Origin: Macrostomum lignano
Taxonomy: Eukaryota
DNA length: 64,000 bases
Direction: 5' to 3'
NCBI GenBank assembly: GCA_002269645.1
Contig: NIVC01001145.1
Span: 1-64,000 of the forward strand
How positions within the stretch are numbered: the stretch's first letter is position 1; each line of letters begins with the position of its first letter. The notes beneath the pieces were generated by a model, which saw only the letters and a program-made list of their open reading frames with translations, made no database searches and had not been told where the DNA came from. Shown here piece after piece: positions 10,917 through 21,594 of the stretch. The translations under genes and the position numbers were made by a program.

Positions 10917-11342
10917 TGAGGTGGGGCGGGGAAAGTTTTTAGGGAGATTTGGTAGTTGGTGGGATTGTCCGGTGGTCGCTTGATTTAATGTCGAGTATGA
11001 GCAGCTCAGGCCTTCGAATCGGCGCTATTGTTAATTCGCACAGATTAAATCCGGAAAATCCGTGTGGACGAATCCCAGTTAAAATGTCTCGTAGATACTC
11101 CGACTGCCGGGGTCCTCAATCCCGGGGGGAGGGTAGTTTTAGTCGTAGGTGAACAGTCTTCGTTGGCGCAAGCATTCAGAGTGGGTCCTCAGATACCAAA
11201 TTTATCGTATCTCGAATGTTTGACTTAACTTGTTACTAACAGTGGAGTAGAGCTGCCACCACCATAATTCGCGTATTATGGAACGTTAGGGTCTCAGAGC
11301 TTGCTTCGAGATGAGACTGGGTTGTTTTACGCCCCACGGGCA
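10917..11342 (-). repeat. Putative 5' LTR (about 426 bp)
   Basis: TG...CA termini with an imperfect terminal inverted repeat (tgaggtggggcg versus tgcccgtggggcg). An ATTAAA lies about 70 nt before the PBS-proximal end. The far boundary cannot be confirmed because the 3' LTR is outside the window. Confidence 0.55.
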
Positions 11343-11371
11343 AATGACTCAAAATAAGCTAGGCTTTGGGT

Positions 11372-11543
11372 CATACATGCGCAACCTTGGGAATCACCCG
11401 GCCGTTTCTATTGGCAACACACACATGTAAGTCGCTATTGGCTGAGAGCAGTCACGTGACTACTATTCCGTCCAATAGCGACTTACATGTGTGTGTTGCC
11501 AATAGAAACGGCCGAGTGAATCCCAAGGTTGCGCCCAAGCATG
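11372..11543. mobile_element. Foldback MITE-like element (63-bp inverted arms, 30-nt loop), hAT-like TSD
   Basis: Arms 11379-11441 and 11472-11534 match at 61/63. Flanking direct repeat ctttgggt (11364-11371 and 11544-11551, extendable to 9 bp), CAT...ATG termini, and a GTCACGTGAC palindrome in the loop. Confidence 0.7.
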
Positions 11544-12369
11544 CTTTGGGTTATTAATGAGAAAATTAATGTTAGATCAACTGTTTTATTAAGAGTTCAG
11601 TGACAGGATACTAAGTTAATAAGTTCAACGGAGGAAATAGCTTGGCGTGTGTGCGAAATCAACTAAGAGTAGCAAATAGTAGAGGGGACCAAACTCTACT
11701 CCAGCGGATGATTGGCTAGTACCGCAGTGCACGACTGGATAAAATAAACGACTTAACGCTAGTTGTAAATAAGTTTGGCGGATTAAATATTAGTTGTTAA
11801 ATTGAATGGGGAGAGAGAGAGCGAGGGCGGGCAAAAGAAGGGGCAAGGAGAAAGAAAACACAAAAAAAACCTTAAAGAATTAAAGAAAAAATTGGGCAGC
11901 TCCAGGGGCACCATTATATAGAGATTGAAAATGCAAAAGATGGACAAATGAGGTCAAACATTGGTGGCAAAAGGTGGTCACGGGGTCCAAGCAATGAACA
12001 GACAAAATTAACACGGAAAGATAGGGCGATAAACAAAGTTTCCAAAGGAGGGACACGAAAGACCAGAAAAAGGAGCGGGAAAACCATTGCAAGAATGGGG
12101 AAAACTGACAGAATAAACCAACAACTGGGGCACAGGGTGGACACAGAGGACCAAAAACTGGAGACAGCGGGAATGGGTCAAAAGGTGGTTTAATAAGTCA
12201 CATAAAATAATATTAAATTTAGAAACTAAAATAATAAAGTTCATTAGATTGTTAGTGGCAGCCCCCAACTGCCACAATATGATTATAAAATAGGCTTATA
12301 AGAATAACTATATTATCTGTAAAATTATCAAGACTATGGCTATGCCTATATTAGAACATTGCTTTGCCA

Positions 12370-12943
12370 CCAGGTTGCGGATAGTATGCATGTACGCTGG
12401 AACTTTTCAGCATACAAAACCGCCACCCTAAGTCCTTGGCGTACACAATTGGCATATACAACCCCTGGCAAACTTTGTTGGTGTACACTATTGGCATACA
12501 CAAGTAACACAGCCACGTATACTTTTTGGTGTACAAATTTTGGTGAATAAATTCATGCCATGCATGAAAATTATAATGTAAATTAACGTTTTTACGTAAA
12601 CTAACAAAAAATTTGTATTGTCAGTGATAAAATTTTTGCTTCTTTGAAATTAACAATGAATAAATTTAGTGTAAACTTTTGCTAAGAGTATCAATTTTGC
12701 ATTATATTTTTTGTAGGTATAATTTAAGTTTGTTTAAATTGAAAATATTCATAATATTTTAAAAACACTTTTAATACAAAAGCCTTTCTAAAAAAACTCT
12801 ACTTGTGAAAAACCATATTACCTTTGTTAGGAATTTTTGGTGTATATTTTAGTGCAACATTTTGTTTTTGGCATACATTGGCATACAAAGTCCTTGACGC
12901 CCGAATTTGTCCAGCGTACACGGATACATGATCTGCACACTGG
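12370..12943. mobile_element. Non-autonomous hAT-like element (MITE, 574 bp)
   Basis: Exact 8-bp TSD ctttgcca (12362-12369 and 12944-12951). Degenerate TIRs CCAGGTTGCGGAT and CCAGTGTGCAGAT, an inner perfect IR tgtacgctgg/ccagcgtaca, and clustered subterminal TTGGCATACA/TTGGTGTACA motifs at both ends. Confidence 0.65.
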
Positions 12944-13031
12944 CTTTGCCATAATACTTTGCTTTAATTTTTATAATGTATTTAAGGCCTTTTCTCAGAA
13001 ACTCAAACTTGTTTGCCCTATCACGTCTGAG

Positions 13032-14092
13032 ATGCAATCTCTAAATGAAGAGCAGCGGCATAGACTAGTTATAAAATATAAAATTAAGCACCTTGGGCTA
13101 AGCAACAATGCAATTGCAAAATATTTTGCTGAGCTCAATGTCCCAAGATCAACCATTTATATAATTCTAGATTGCTACTCAGTAACTGGAGAAGATACTG
13201 TGTTATGGAAAAAGGGGTCAAGACAACCAGCTACCAAGGTCACTGCCACTTTGATAGAAAAGATGTCAAATAATGTCAGGATGGGTCTGTCCTAGCGCAA
13301 AATTGCATGCAAATATGACATCAGCCAGCTGTAAGTCAATGAGATTCTCAAGAAGCAGGGACTGATTGCATACAAGAAAAAAAGTGCTATTTGTGTTGTT
13401 GGAGTAGAAAGACTGCCAGCGTGTGAGGATTGATAGGTTCTACTGTGCTATGCTAATAGGAGATGACGGCAGACTGGACATTGTAATAGACAGTGAATCA
13501 TACTTCTCTTTGTCATCCAATGTCATCCCTAGTAACAGGTTCTATTATGCAACAGCTCAAGGTGATGCACCATTGCACCTGATAAGGTCAGGTGTTCACC
13601 CAGCAAGAAATTTGAGGCCAAGTCTTGGTCTGGCTGGCCATCAGCAAGAAGGGCATGTCCAAGGTCTTCTTCTGCCATGGTAGCTCAATGAACAAAGAGA
13701 TCTATATAAGAGAGTGCATTCACAAGCGTCTATTGCCATTTATTAAAGAGCAGCATGCTGATAGCAACTACCTGTTCTGGCCTGACCTGGCAAGCTATCA
13801 CTATGCTTGTGATGTTATTGACACATTTCAAAAGGAAGGTGTCAATTTTGTCAGCAAGGAGCTCAATCCTCTCAATGTACCATAGCTGTGACCACTTGAG
13901 AACTTCTGGGAGATGTTGAAGCAAAAGGTTTGCCATCACAATTGGATGGCAGACAGTCTGGAATAGCTGGAAAATTGCATTCGCCACTGCCTCCGCCAGG
14001 TGGATCTGCACTGTGTACAGGAGATAATGACCAATGTCAAGTCCCAGATTCGCCAAGCTCAGGCTAATGGTATTGAAGCTGTTTGGCAATGA
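13032..14092 (+). pseudogene. IS630/Tc1/mariner transposase, DD37E (ITmD37E-type), inactivated
   Basis: HTH-like N-terminus (NVPRSTIYII), VIDSESYF, FWPDLASYHY and NPLNVP*L*PLENFW. There are 37 residues between the second D (13784) and E (13898). Several stops and frameshifts are present, and TIRs were not resolved. Confidence 0.85.
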
Positions 14093-14519
14093 GCCAGACA
14101 ATCCCTTATATATTTAACTAAATCCAAGTTAAAAAACATGCATTCAATTTGTTAATTGTTGTCTTACTAAAAATAAAAATGTCCATATTTTTACCAATCA
14201 CAGAAATATCACTATTTAAATTATGATCTTAAACTAGACCCTAGGCAAGACCTAATATTAATTATTATATCAATTATTGAAGAATATATTTAATAATTAT
14301 TTGTTAATGGCAATTCTTGCTCCCTGCTAAGTCTTTGAACTATGTTTCTTTTTACTTTATACATTTTTAGTCATATAACATGGTTATGAATGCCTAATTG
14401 TTAAAATATAACCAAAATGTTGAAATGATTTTTGATGAAAAATGTTAAAATTTGAAATTAAAATCAAAATTATTTCAATGCAAAATTAGGTTTGAAACTT
14501 AAAGTATCTATTCAGAGCC

Positions 14520-14800
14520 ATAGCCACATTTAAAGCTACAGCCATATTAATATCTATAGCCATATTCATATCTATAGCCATATTGCCCATATATCTATAG
14601 CCATATTCATATCTATAGCCATATTCATTTATATGGCTATGTCATTCATTTATATTCCTTTCATTTTCATATTCATATTCATATTCATTTATGGCTATGG
14701 CTAAATCATTCATTTATATATAGCCATATTAATATATATAGCCATATTCATATCTATAGCCATAGCCAAATTCATAACCATAGCCATATTCATAGCCAAT
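14520..14800. repeat. Degenerate ~18-bp tandem repeat (ATAGCCATATTCATATCT)
   Basis: The motif atagccatatt recurs more than 10 times just upstream of RABGAP1 exon 1. Confidence 0.8.
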
Positions 14801-14873
14801 CCCTAGTTAAGCCTGACCACACTACTTCAAGTAGACTAATTAGCAACATTCGCCCATAGTTTTCAGTCAATGA

Positions 14874-15142
14874 ATGGATGACGTCAGCTCGATTGGCTCT
14901 GCTTCTACGGCGGACGAATTTTGTGTTGTAAACGCGGATCCAACTGTGAGGCGGCACTGCGATTCCGGTAACTTTCAGTCCAGCATGACCGAAGCCATGG
15001 CTGATATGAACTCTGCTGCCGCCGCCGCTGCTGCCGCCCCAGTTGTCAAGGACAACCCATTTAACAATAGCGCTCTTGACGATGACGGAGATAACATTGG
15101 CGATCGAGATGCTGGAGGTGCTGCGTTTTCATCGAAAGAGCA
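14874..15142 (+). CDS. RABGAP1: Rab GTPase-activating protein 1-like, coding exon 1
   Basis: MDDVSSIGSASTADEFCVV resembles the RABGAP1 N-terminus (MDD..S....EDFV.V). Donor GTGAGT at 15143, phase 2. Confidence 0.8.
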
Positions 15143-15269
15143 GTGAGTTTCGGGTGTTTTTTTTGCTACATTTGCTTAACGTCTCTTAGAGCAAAGATGC
15201 TATATTACTGTAATGTATGTAGAGGTAACTACATGTATGTAATGTATGCTGTAATGTAGGCGTCACTCA

Positions 15270-15722
15270 ATCTGGATTTATCCCACTCCTACAGATAAGT
15301 ATCTAGATTTATCCCACTACTATAGGGATGAGGATCTAGATTTATCCCACTACTATAGGGATGAGGATCTAGATTCATCCCACTTCTATAAGGATGAGGG
15401 CCTAGATTTATCCCACTCCTATAAAGGTTGAGGATCTAGATTTATCCCAGTCCTATAGAGATGAGGATCTATATTTATCCCACTCCTATAGAGATGAAGA
15501 TCTAGATTTATCCTACTCCTATAGCGACGAGGATCTAGATTTATCCCACTACTATAGGGATGAGGATCTAGATTCATCCCACTTCTATAAGGATGAGGGC
15601 CTAGATTTATCCCACTCCTATAAAGGTTGAGGATCTAGATTTATCCCAGTCCTATAGAGATGAGGATCTAGATTTATCCCAGTCCTATAGAGATGAAGAT
15701 CTAGATTTATCCCACTCCTATA
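15270..15722. repeat. 33-bp minisatellite, RABGAP1 intron 1
   Basis: Unit tagatttatcccactcctatagggatgaggatc, about 13 copies. Confidence 0.95.
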
Positions 15723-15973
15723 GTGATGGGTATCAGCCTCATTAATTGCTGTTCGTGTATAAAAAATTGGCCTATTGTGGCTTGCTGCTGCAATTCTCGC
15801 CCATGTAGGGCCAACCACCAAACTCACAGAGGTTTGTACACTACTTGCGATAAAAATAAGCCAGAGCCGCTGATAATGTACACCCTGTGTGAGCGCCTGT
15901 ACCTGAGTACTTTTTTGAGCTATCTATGTGCCTTATCTATCTATATAATATGAAATATCGTGGCGGTGTACAG

Positions 15974-16438
15974 AGATATCGAAGAAGCTCCGGACGGTGC
16001 CAGAACTCCGACTGCTTCTTCGTTGAACCTGGACAGCGGCGGCCAGGAGGGCATCAGCTATTGCGACATGCTCTACCTCGGCTCTGTGTCGGTGTCTCGA
16101 GCTCGTGACGAAGACGAAATCCAGCGCTATTTGAGCCAGTGCGACACTGCCCAGGCTAAACCGGCTAGCATATTTGTGCCGTACACTAACCGGGGCAGCG
16201 TGCGGGTGCTGGACCAGTCCGATAAGCGGCTGCTATTAGAAGAGCACCCGGTCACGTCTATAGCTTACTGTTGCGTTGGCCGTGGCCACGGCTTGATTAA
16301 ACGTTTCGCTTTCACTGTTAGCGAGGCTATGAAATCTGGCGAACTGCAGCAGCAGCAACAGCAGCGAGTTGTGATGCTGTACGCTCCATCCGATGCAGCA
16401 GCTTTGTCTGTTGTTAACCAGATGGCTCAAGCGTTTCG
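15974..16438 (+). CDS. RABGAP1: RABGAP1-like exon 2 (PTB/PID domain)
   Basis: CAG acceptor, phase 2-2 consistent with neighbours. MLYLGSVSV...FAFTVS is PTB-like. Donor GTTAGT. Confidence 0.9.
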
Positions 16439-16479
16439 GTTAGTTGCTTAACTATTAATATTTGTTTATGTATATGCCC

Positions 16480-16720
16480 AAGGAATTGGGATAATCGAGG
16501 ATTATACAGTTTTTAGGGAAGTGTGATAATTGAAGATTATAGATTCTTTTGGGAATTTGGATAATTGAGGATAATTGAGTTTTTAGGAATTGGGATAACT
16601 GAGGATTACGGATTTTTGAGAATTGGGATAATTAAGGATTAAGGACTTTTGTGAATTATGGAATTATCATAATTAGGGATTATGAATTTTGGGCAAAGGG
16701 ATTATTAAGAATTTTGGATT
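16480..16720. repeat. Degenerate GGGATAATTGAGGATT-like repeat, intron 2
   Basis: Recurrent gggataat/ggatta motifs. Confidence 0.7.
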
Positions 16721-16776
16721 ATAAAAATAGTTTTTATTGTTTGTTTAATTTTATACTTGTTTTATATTTCTTCAAG

Positions 16777-16942
16777 GTCCTATGATTTACCGGATTCTGG
16801 TACACAGCTGCATCAGCAGCAGCAGGATCAGCAGCCCGATCTGCGGCCTTGCCTCGGCCTTCGCCTCCTAGTTGACATCCAAGAGCAGGACGGCAAAGGC
16901 GCTTGGAGCTCTGTGCCGGTGGATGATAAATATGATTTTAAG
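16777..16942 (+). CDS. RABGAP1: RABGAP1-like exon 3
   Basis: TTCAAG acceptor, phase 2-0. LRLLVDIQEQDGKGAWSSVPVDDKYDFK. Donor GTAACT. Confidence 0.9.
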
Positions 16943-17029
16943 GTAACTACGAGTATTTTAACTAGATAAAAAGTTGAATTGCTTTCAGGTCTTGGCATTG
17001 TTGGGTTATAAATAGAGAAAGTGTCAAGA

Positions 17030-17460
17030 AAAGCGCCAAAATCAAGCTAGACAAGCGCCAACCAATATCAAGCTAGACATGCGCTAGAATCAAGCTAAAA
17101 TCACGTAGCCAAAATCAAGCTAAATAGGAGAGCGCCAAAATCAAGCTAAAGAAGAGCGCCAAAATCAAGCTAGACAGCGCCAAAATCAAGCTAAAGAAGA
17201 GCGCCAAAATCAAGCTAGACAGCGCCAAAATCAAGCTAAACAGCGCCAAAATCAAGCTAGACAGCGCCAAAATCAAGCTAAACAAGAGCGCCAAAATCAA
17301 GCTAAACAAGAGCGCCAAAATCAAGCTAAATAAGAGCGCAAAAATCAAGCTAGACAGCGCCAAAATCAAGCTAGACAAGCGCCAAAATCAAGCTAAACAA
17401 GCGCCAAAATCAAGCTAAACAAGCGCCAAAATCAAGCTAAAGAAAAGCGTCAAAATCCAG
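17030..17460. repeat. 19-21-bp minisatellite, intron 3
   Basis: Unit agcgccaaaatcaagctaaac(a), about 20 copies. Confidence 0.95.
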
Positions 17461-17523
17461 CCAATACCGAATGAGTCTCCATCTCCCCTCTATCTGTCTC
17501 CCCCCCCCACTGCCATTACTCAG

Positions 17524-17798
17524 GTGCGCCAGTCTCACCCTAAGCGACTGCACCTGACTGTACAACAGACCGCCGGCAGAAAAGTGAACATCAGCCGTTG
17601 CTTTGGTCTGCTATTAAGAGTTGGCAGTCAGCCAGACGCCGTCTGCCTGCCGCTGTCTATGGGCCCAGATTCCGACGGATATTCCGTGTGCGCCGTGTGG
17701 CCAGGCGCCGAGGCGCTGGTCGCTTCGGATCAGCTGATCTCATTAAGACTGTGCGTCGACCTCGTGTTGGAAGCTATCTCGGACCCGTTGAGGCTAAA
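17524..17798 (+). CDS. RABGAP1: RABGAP1-like exon 4 (DUF3694/kinesin-associated-like region)
   Basis: VQQTAGRKVNISRCFGLLL resembles RABGAP1 VQQ...IERCFGLLL. CAG acceptor and GTGAGT donor, phase 0-2. Confidence 0.92.
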
Positions 17799-17844
17799 GT
17801 GAGTACGGTGTGTTTATTACGGATGTTGGTCTGACTTCTGAACT

Positions 17845-18295
17845 AAGTGGGATAAATTATTTATCCCACTCCTATAGGGATGAGGATCTAGATTTATCCC
17901 ACTACTATAAGGATGAGGATCTAGATTTATCCCACTGCTATAGGGATGAGGATCTAGATTTATCCCACTCCCCTATAGGGATGAGGATCTATATTTATCC
18001 CACTGCTTATAGGGATGAGGATCTATATTTATCCCACTGCTATAGGGATGAGGATCTATATTTATCCCACTGCTACAAGGATGAGGATCTAGATTTATCC
18101 CACTGCTATAGGGATGAGGATCTATATTTATCCCACTGCTTATAGGGATGAGGATCTATATTTATCCAACTCCTATAAGGATGAGGATCTATATTTATCC
18201 CACTCCTATAAGGATGAGGATCTATATTTATCCCACTCCTATAAGGATGAGGATCTATATTTATCCCACTCCTATAAGGATGAGGATCTAGATTC
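17845..18295. repeat. 33-bp minisatellite, intron 4 (same family as intron 1)
   Basis: Unit tatatttatcccactgctatagggatgaggatc, in the same orientation as the intron 1 array. Confidence 0.95.
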
Positions 18296-18349
18296 ATTTC
18301 GAATCCTAAAATCTCAGAATCCAGATCCACCCGGCCACTGCCCCATCAG

Positions 18350-18793
18350 GTACGACGCCCTGATCAGAGTGTACCGGCCGGAGGAGCGATTCTGGCTGGC
18401 CTCGCTGACCAGCAATCTGCAGCAACGCCGCCTGCCGGGCCGCAGCTTCGTGTTCCGGCACCAGAACAGCGCCCTGGTGAATGAGAACAGCGCTTCGGAC
18501 ACTGACTCGGATGATAATGACCCTTTACCGTCCGGTTCCGGCCAGGTGTCCAAGGAGATCACGAATGCCGAGCTCACAGACGAATGGGTGGCTGTTATCA
18601 ACCGATGGCAACGTGAGCAGACTGCTCAAGCTCCGTCTAGCGTTAGACGATTAGTTCGACGCGGCGTGCCTGAGTCGCTTCGGCCTCAGGTGTGGAGTCT
18701 GTTGGGCAGATCGCAACAGGCCAGCCCTGTCACTGCCGACTACAGCGATCTGAGCTGCAAGGATGCGCCTGAGATTGAGGCCGCTATTGCCAG
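18350..18793 (+). CDS. RABGAP1: RABGAP1-like exon 5 (start of TBC domain)
   Basis: IRVYRPEERFW and LVRRGVPESLRPQVWSLL. Phase 2-2. Confidence 0.93.
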
Positions 18794-18824
18794 GTTTGGA
18801 AATAGTAGTATTGGAGTAACTGTT

Positions 18825-19080
18825 GCGTGAGATTCTCATTGAGATAGGCGTGAGATTCTCATTGAGGTAGGCGTGAGATTCTCATTGAGATAGATGTGAG
18901 ATTCTCTTTGAGATATATGTGAGATTCTCATTAGGATAGATGTTAGATTCTTATTGAGATAGCTTTTAAATAATTATTGAGATAGCTGTTAGATTCTCAT
19001 TGAGATGGACGTGAGATTCTCATTGAGATAGATGTGAGATTCTTATTAAGATAGATGTGAGATTCTCATTGAGATAGACA
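18825..19080. repeat. 23-bp minisatellite, intron 5
   Basis: Unit gatgtgagattctcattgagata. Confidence 0.95.
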
Positions 19081-19165
19081 TGCTTGTTATTATTATTTTT
19101 CATTCTAAGAAAGAATGCCATAGTCATGTATACTCGTACACGAAAACTCGAATAAATCCCTGCAG

Positions 19166-19286
19166 AGACATCAGTCGAACGTACACAGCCTGTCCAGACT
19201 TTGCCGAGGGCGGAGCTAAACGGGAAGATCTGGCGCGATTGAGCAAAGCATACGCTCTGTATGACCCAGCTGTGGGCTACTGCCAG
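19166..19286 (+). CDS. RABGAP1: RABGAP1-like exon 6 (TBC arginine finger)
   Basis: IAR|DISRTY (IxxDxxR motif) and AYALYDPAVGYCQ. Phase 2-0. Confidence 0.95.
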
Positions 19287-19309
19287 GTAGGGTGTGCGTT
19301 TCTTCTGCT

Positions 19310-20065
19310 CTGACTCCTCAATCGTGCTTACTCGACCCAATCTACTCAATCCTGTCCTGTCTGCTCAATCCTGTCTACTCAATCGTGTCTGCTCAATCCT
19401 GTCTACTCAAACGAGTCTACTCAATCGTGTCTACTCAATCCTGTCTACTCAATCGTGTCTACCTAATCTTGTCTACTCAATCCTGTCTACTCAATCCTGT
19501 CTACCTAATCTTGTCTACTCAATCCTGTCTACTCAATCCTGTCTACCTAATCTTGTCGACTCAATCCTGTCTACTCAATCCTGTCTACCTAATCTTGTCG
19601 ACTCAATCCTGTCTACTTAATTCTTTCTACTCAATCCTGTTTACTCAATCCTGTCTACTCAATCGTGTCTACCTAATCTTGTCTACTCAATCCTGTCTAC
19701 TCAATCCTGTCTACCTAATCTTGTCGACTCAATCCTGTCTACTCAATCCTGTCTACCTAATCTTGTCGACTCAATCCTGTCTACTTAATTCTTTCTACTC
19801 AATCCTGTTTACTCAATCCTGTCTACTCAATCGTGTCTACCTAATCTTGTCTACTCAATCCTGTCTACTCAATCCTGTCTACCTAATCTTGTCGACTCAA
19901 TCCTGTCTACTTAATTCTTTCTACTCAATCCTGTTTACTCAATCCTGTCTACCCAATCCTGTCTACTCAATCCTGTCTACCCAATCCTGTCTGCTCAATC
20001 CTGTCTACTTAATCCTGTCTACTCAATTCTGTCTACTCAATCCTGTCTACTCAAGCATGTCTACC
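19310..20065. repeat. 14-bp minisatellite, intron 6
   Basis: Unit tcaatcctgtctac, with higher-order variants. Confidence 0.95.
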
Positions 20066-20145
20066 CAACGGTGCCCAGCAAATGACGCAGTCCAGTCTAG
20101 CCTATATGAACTTCAATAATGCAGCCACTCTCCTCCCATCCGCAG

Positions 20146-20573
20146 GGCATGTCATTCCTAGGCGCGGCCCTGCTACTCCAACTACCCGAGGAGGAGGCAT
20201 TCGAACTTCTAGTACAAATCATGTACGATTACGGAGTACGAAAAATGTTCACGGCCGGTTTTGAAGGCCTACAACTGAGATTTTATCAGTTGGACGCCCT
20301 GCTGAAGCAGCACTGTCCGGAGGTTTTTTCGCATTTCAAACGGCTGGGCTGCGAGCCGCACATGTACGCTAGCCAATGGTTTCTAACGTTGTTCACTTCC
20401 AAGTTTCCGCTGACCGCTGTCAACCGGGTTCTGGACGTGTTCCTGTCTGAGGGCGACTCAGCTCTGCTCAAATTGGCCGTGGCGCTGCTCACGAAAGCTA
20501 GGCCGGATCTGCTTGGCAAAGATTTTGAAAGTGTTATGCGATACTTCCGCGTCAGCCTGCCTAAGGCTTATAG
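20146..20573 (+). CDS. RABGAP1: RABGAP1-like exon 7 (TBC domain)
   Basis: YCQ|GMSF glutamine finger, PEEEAF, MYASQWFLTLF, RVLDVFLSEG and YFRVSLPK. Phase 0-2. Confidence 0.96.
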
Positions 20574-20629
20574 GTAGGTTTTGGGAAGGGGTCAGATTGA
20601 TCAGTTTCTAGTGGTAGAAGTACTCTTAG

Positions 20630-21075
20630 GTTTGATAAAGTAAGTCAGGGTAGATAAAGTAGGTCAGGGTAGATAAAGTAGGTCAATGGTAGATAAAGAA
20701 GGTCAGGGTAGATAAAGTAGGTCAGGGTAGATAAAGTAGGTCAGGGTAGATAAAGTAGGTCAGGGTAGATAAAGTAGGTCAATGGTAGATAAAGAAGGTC
20801 ATGGTAGATAAAGTAGGTCAGGGTAGATAAAGTGGGTCAGGGTAGATAAAGTAGGTCAGGGTAGATAAAGTAAATCAGGGTAGATAAAGTAGGTCAGGGT
20901 AGATAAAGTAGGTCAGGGTAGATAAAGTAGGTCGGGGTAGATAAAGTAGGTCAGGGTAGATATAGTAGGTCAGTGTAGATATAGTAGGTCAAGGTAGATA
21001 AAGTAGGTTTGGGTACATGTAGACAAAGTAGGTCAGGGTAGATAAAGTAGATCTGGGTAGATAAAGTAGGTTTGA
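20630..21075. repeat. 19-bp minisatellite, intron 7
   Basis: Unit ggtcagggtagataaagta. Confidence 0.95.
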
Positions 21076-21182
21076 ATAATCTTAGTGCTCTGTAAGGTAG
21101 GTCATTATTAATGTAAGATCGCAATTACAGCCTCGCACATTCCCAGTTAATTAATTATACTAATAAAAAAAATCACATTTAG

Positions 21183-21408
21183 ATCGACAGAGGCCGTAGA
21201 AGACCTGGTGAGTCGGGCCCTCAGTCTGAAAGGCATTTCAACTAAACGCCTGGACAAACTGGCTAAAGAATTTCAAGCCGAACAGGAGGCTGGCAAGGAG
21301 AGAACCAGAGATTACCGATCGGATTGCATGCGACTGCAAGAGGAGAATGACTGTCTGGCTAGGGAGCTGCTGCACTCGCAGACCCAGAATCGGATGCAGC
21401 AAGATTTG
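21183..21408 (+). CDS. RABGAP1: RABGAP1-like exon 8 (coiled coil)
   Basis: KRLDKLAKEF...RLQEENDCLARELL. Donor GTAAGC, phase 2-0. Confidence 0.92.
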
Positions 21409-21594
21409 GTAAGCTGCACTGCCTGTGTGCTTCTTAGTTGTTTTTTTCAATATTACGCATTTTTAGCATATTTGTCGTGCGTTTGACTTGCTTCTGCTGG
21501 TGTGTATGTAGCAAATGTCAAAGCATTTTTGTTTTAGTTTTAGCTTTTTGCTTTGATTTAAATATGCTTTGATATTTTGTTACTGGGATGTCTG

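Larger units (their letters stand above)
1..11342 (-). mobile_element. Ty3/Gypsy LTR retrotransposon, decayed, interrupted by a nested LINE; 3' LTR lies outside the window (left of base 1)
   Basis: Minus-strand order is LTR, PBS, gag (MHR, Zn knuckle), protease (LLDTGS), RT (YLDD at 3511-3522), RNase H (DTDAS...KQELLAV...TDH), integrase (HHCC, SDQGKQF, GPY/F-like tail). The PR-RT-RH-INT order is diagnostic of Ty3/Gypsy. Several in-frame stops and frameshifts are present. Confidence 0.95.

Noticed and set aside
6173-11104. 8-bp direct repeat actccgac (6173-6180 and 11097-11104) as the LINE TSD
   Set aside because: The 14-bp repeat at 6148/10658 restores gag in frame, matches the ribozyme start, and leaves the PBS and LTR with the Gypsy element. 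The 8-mer is coincidental.
11185-11265. Alternative PBS candidates TGGTATCTGAGG and TGGTGGCAGC
   Set aside because: Neither is preceded by CA, and the matches to tRNA ends are shorter than the tRNA-Leu-type site at 10888-10915.
11890-12195. Purine-rich 81-aa ORF faintly resembling a LINE C-terminus (IARMGKTDRINQQL)
   Set aside because: The similarity is too weak and no diagnostic motifs are present. It is at most a highly degraded fragment.
1615-13966. RIP-like or CpA/CHG methylation signature from the many CAG/CAA-to-stop changes
   Set aside because: Ascertainment bias: transition-derived stops necessarily come from CAA/CAG/CGA/TGG, so this cannot be claimed without consensus-based counts.
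12290-14200. Terminal inverted repeats for the DD37E element
   Set aside because: A right-end candidate (gtccatatttttaccaatcacag, about 14180) has no convincing left partner, so the boundaries are left uncalled.
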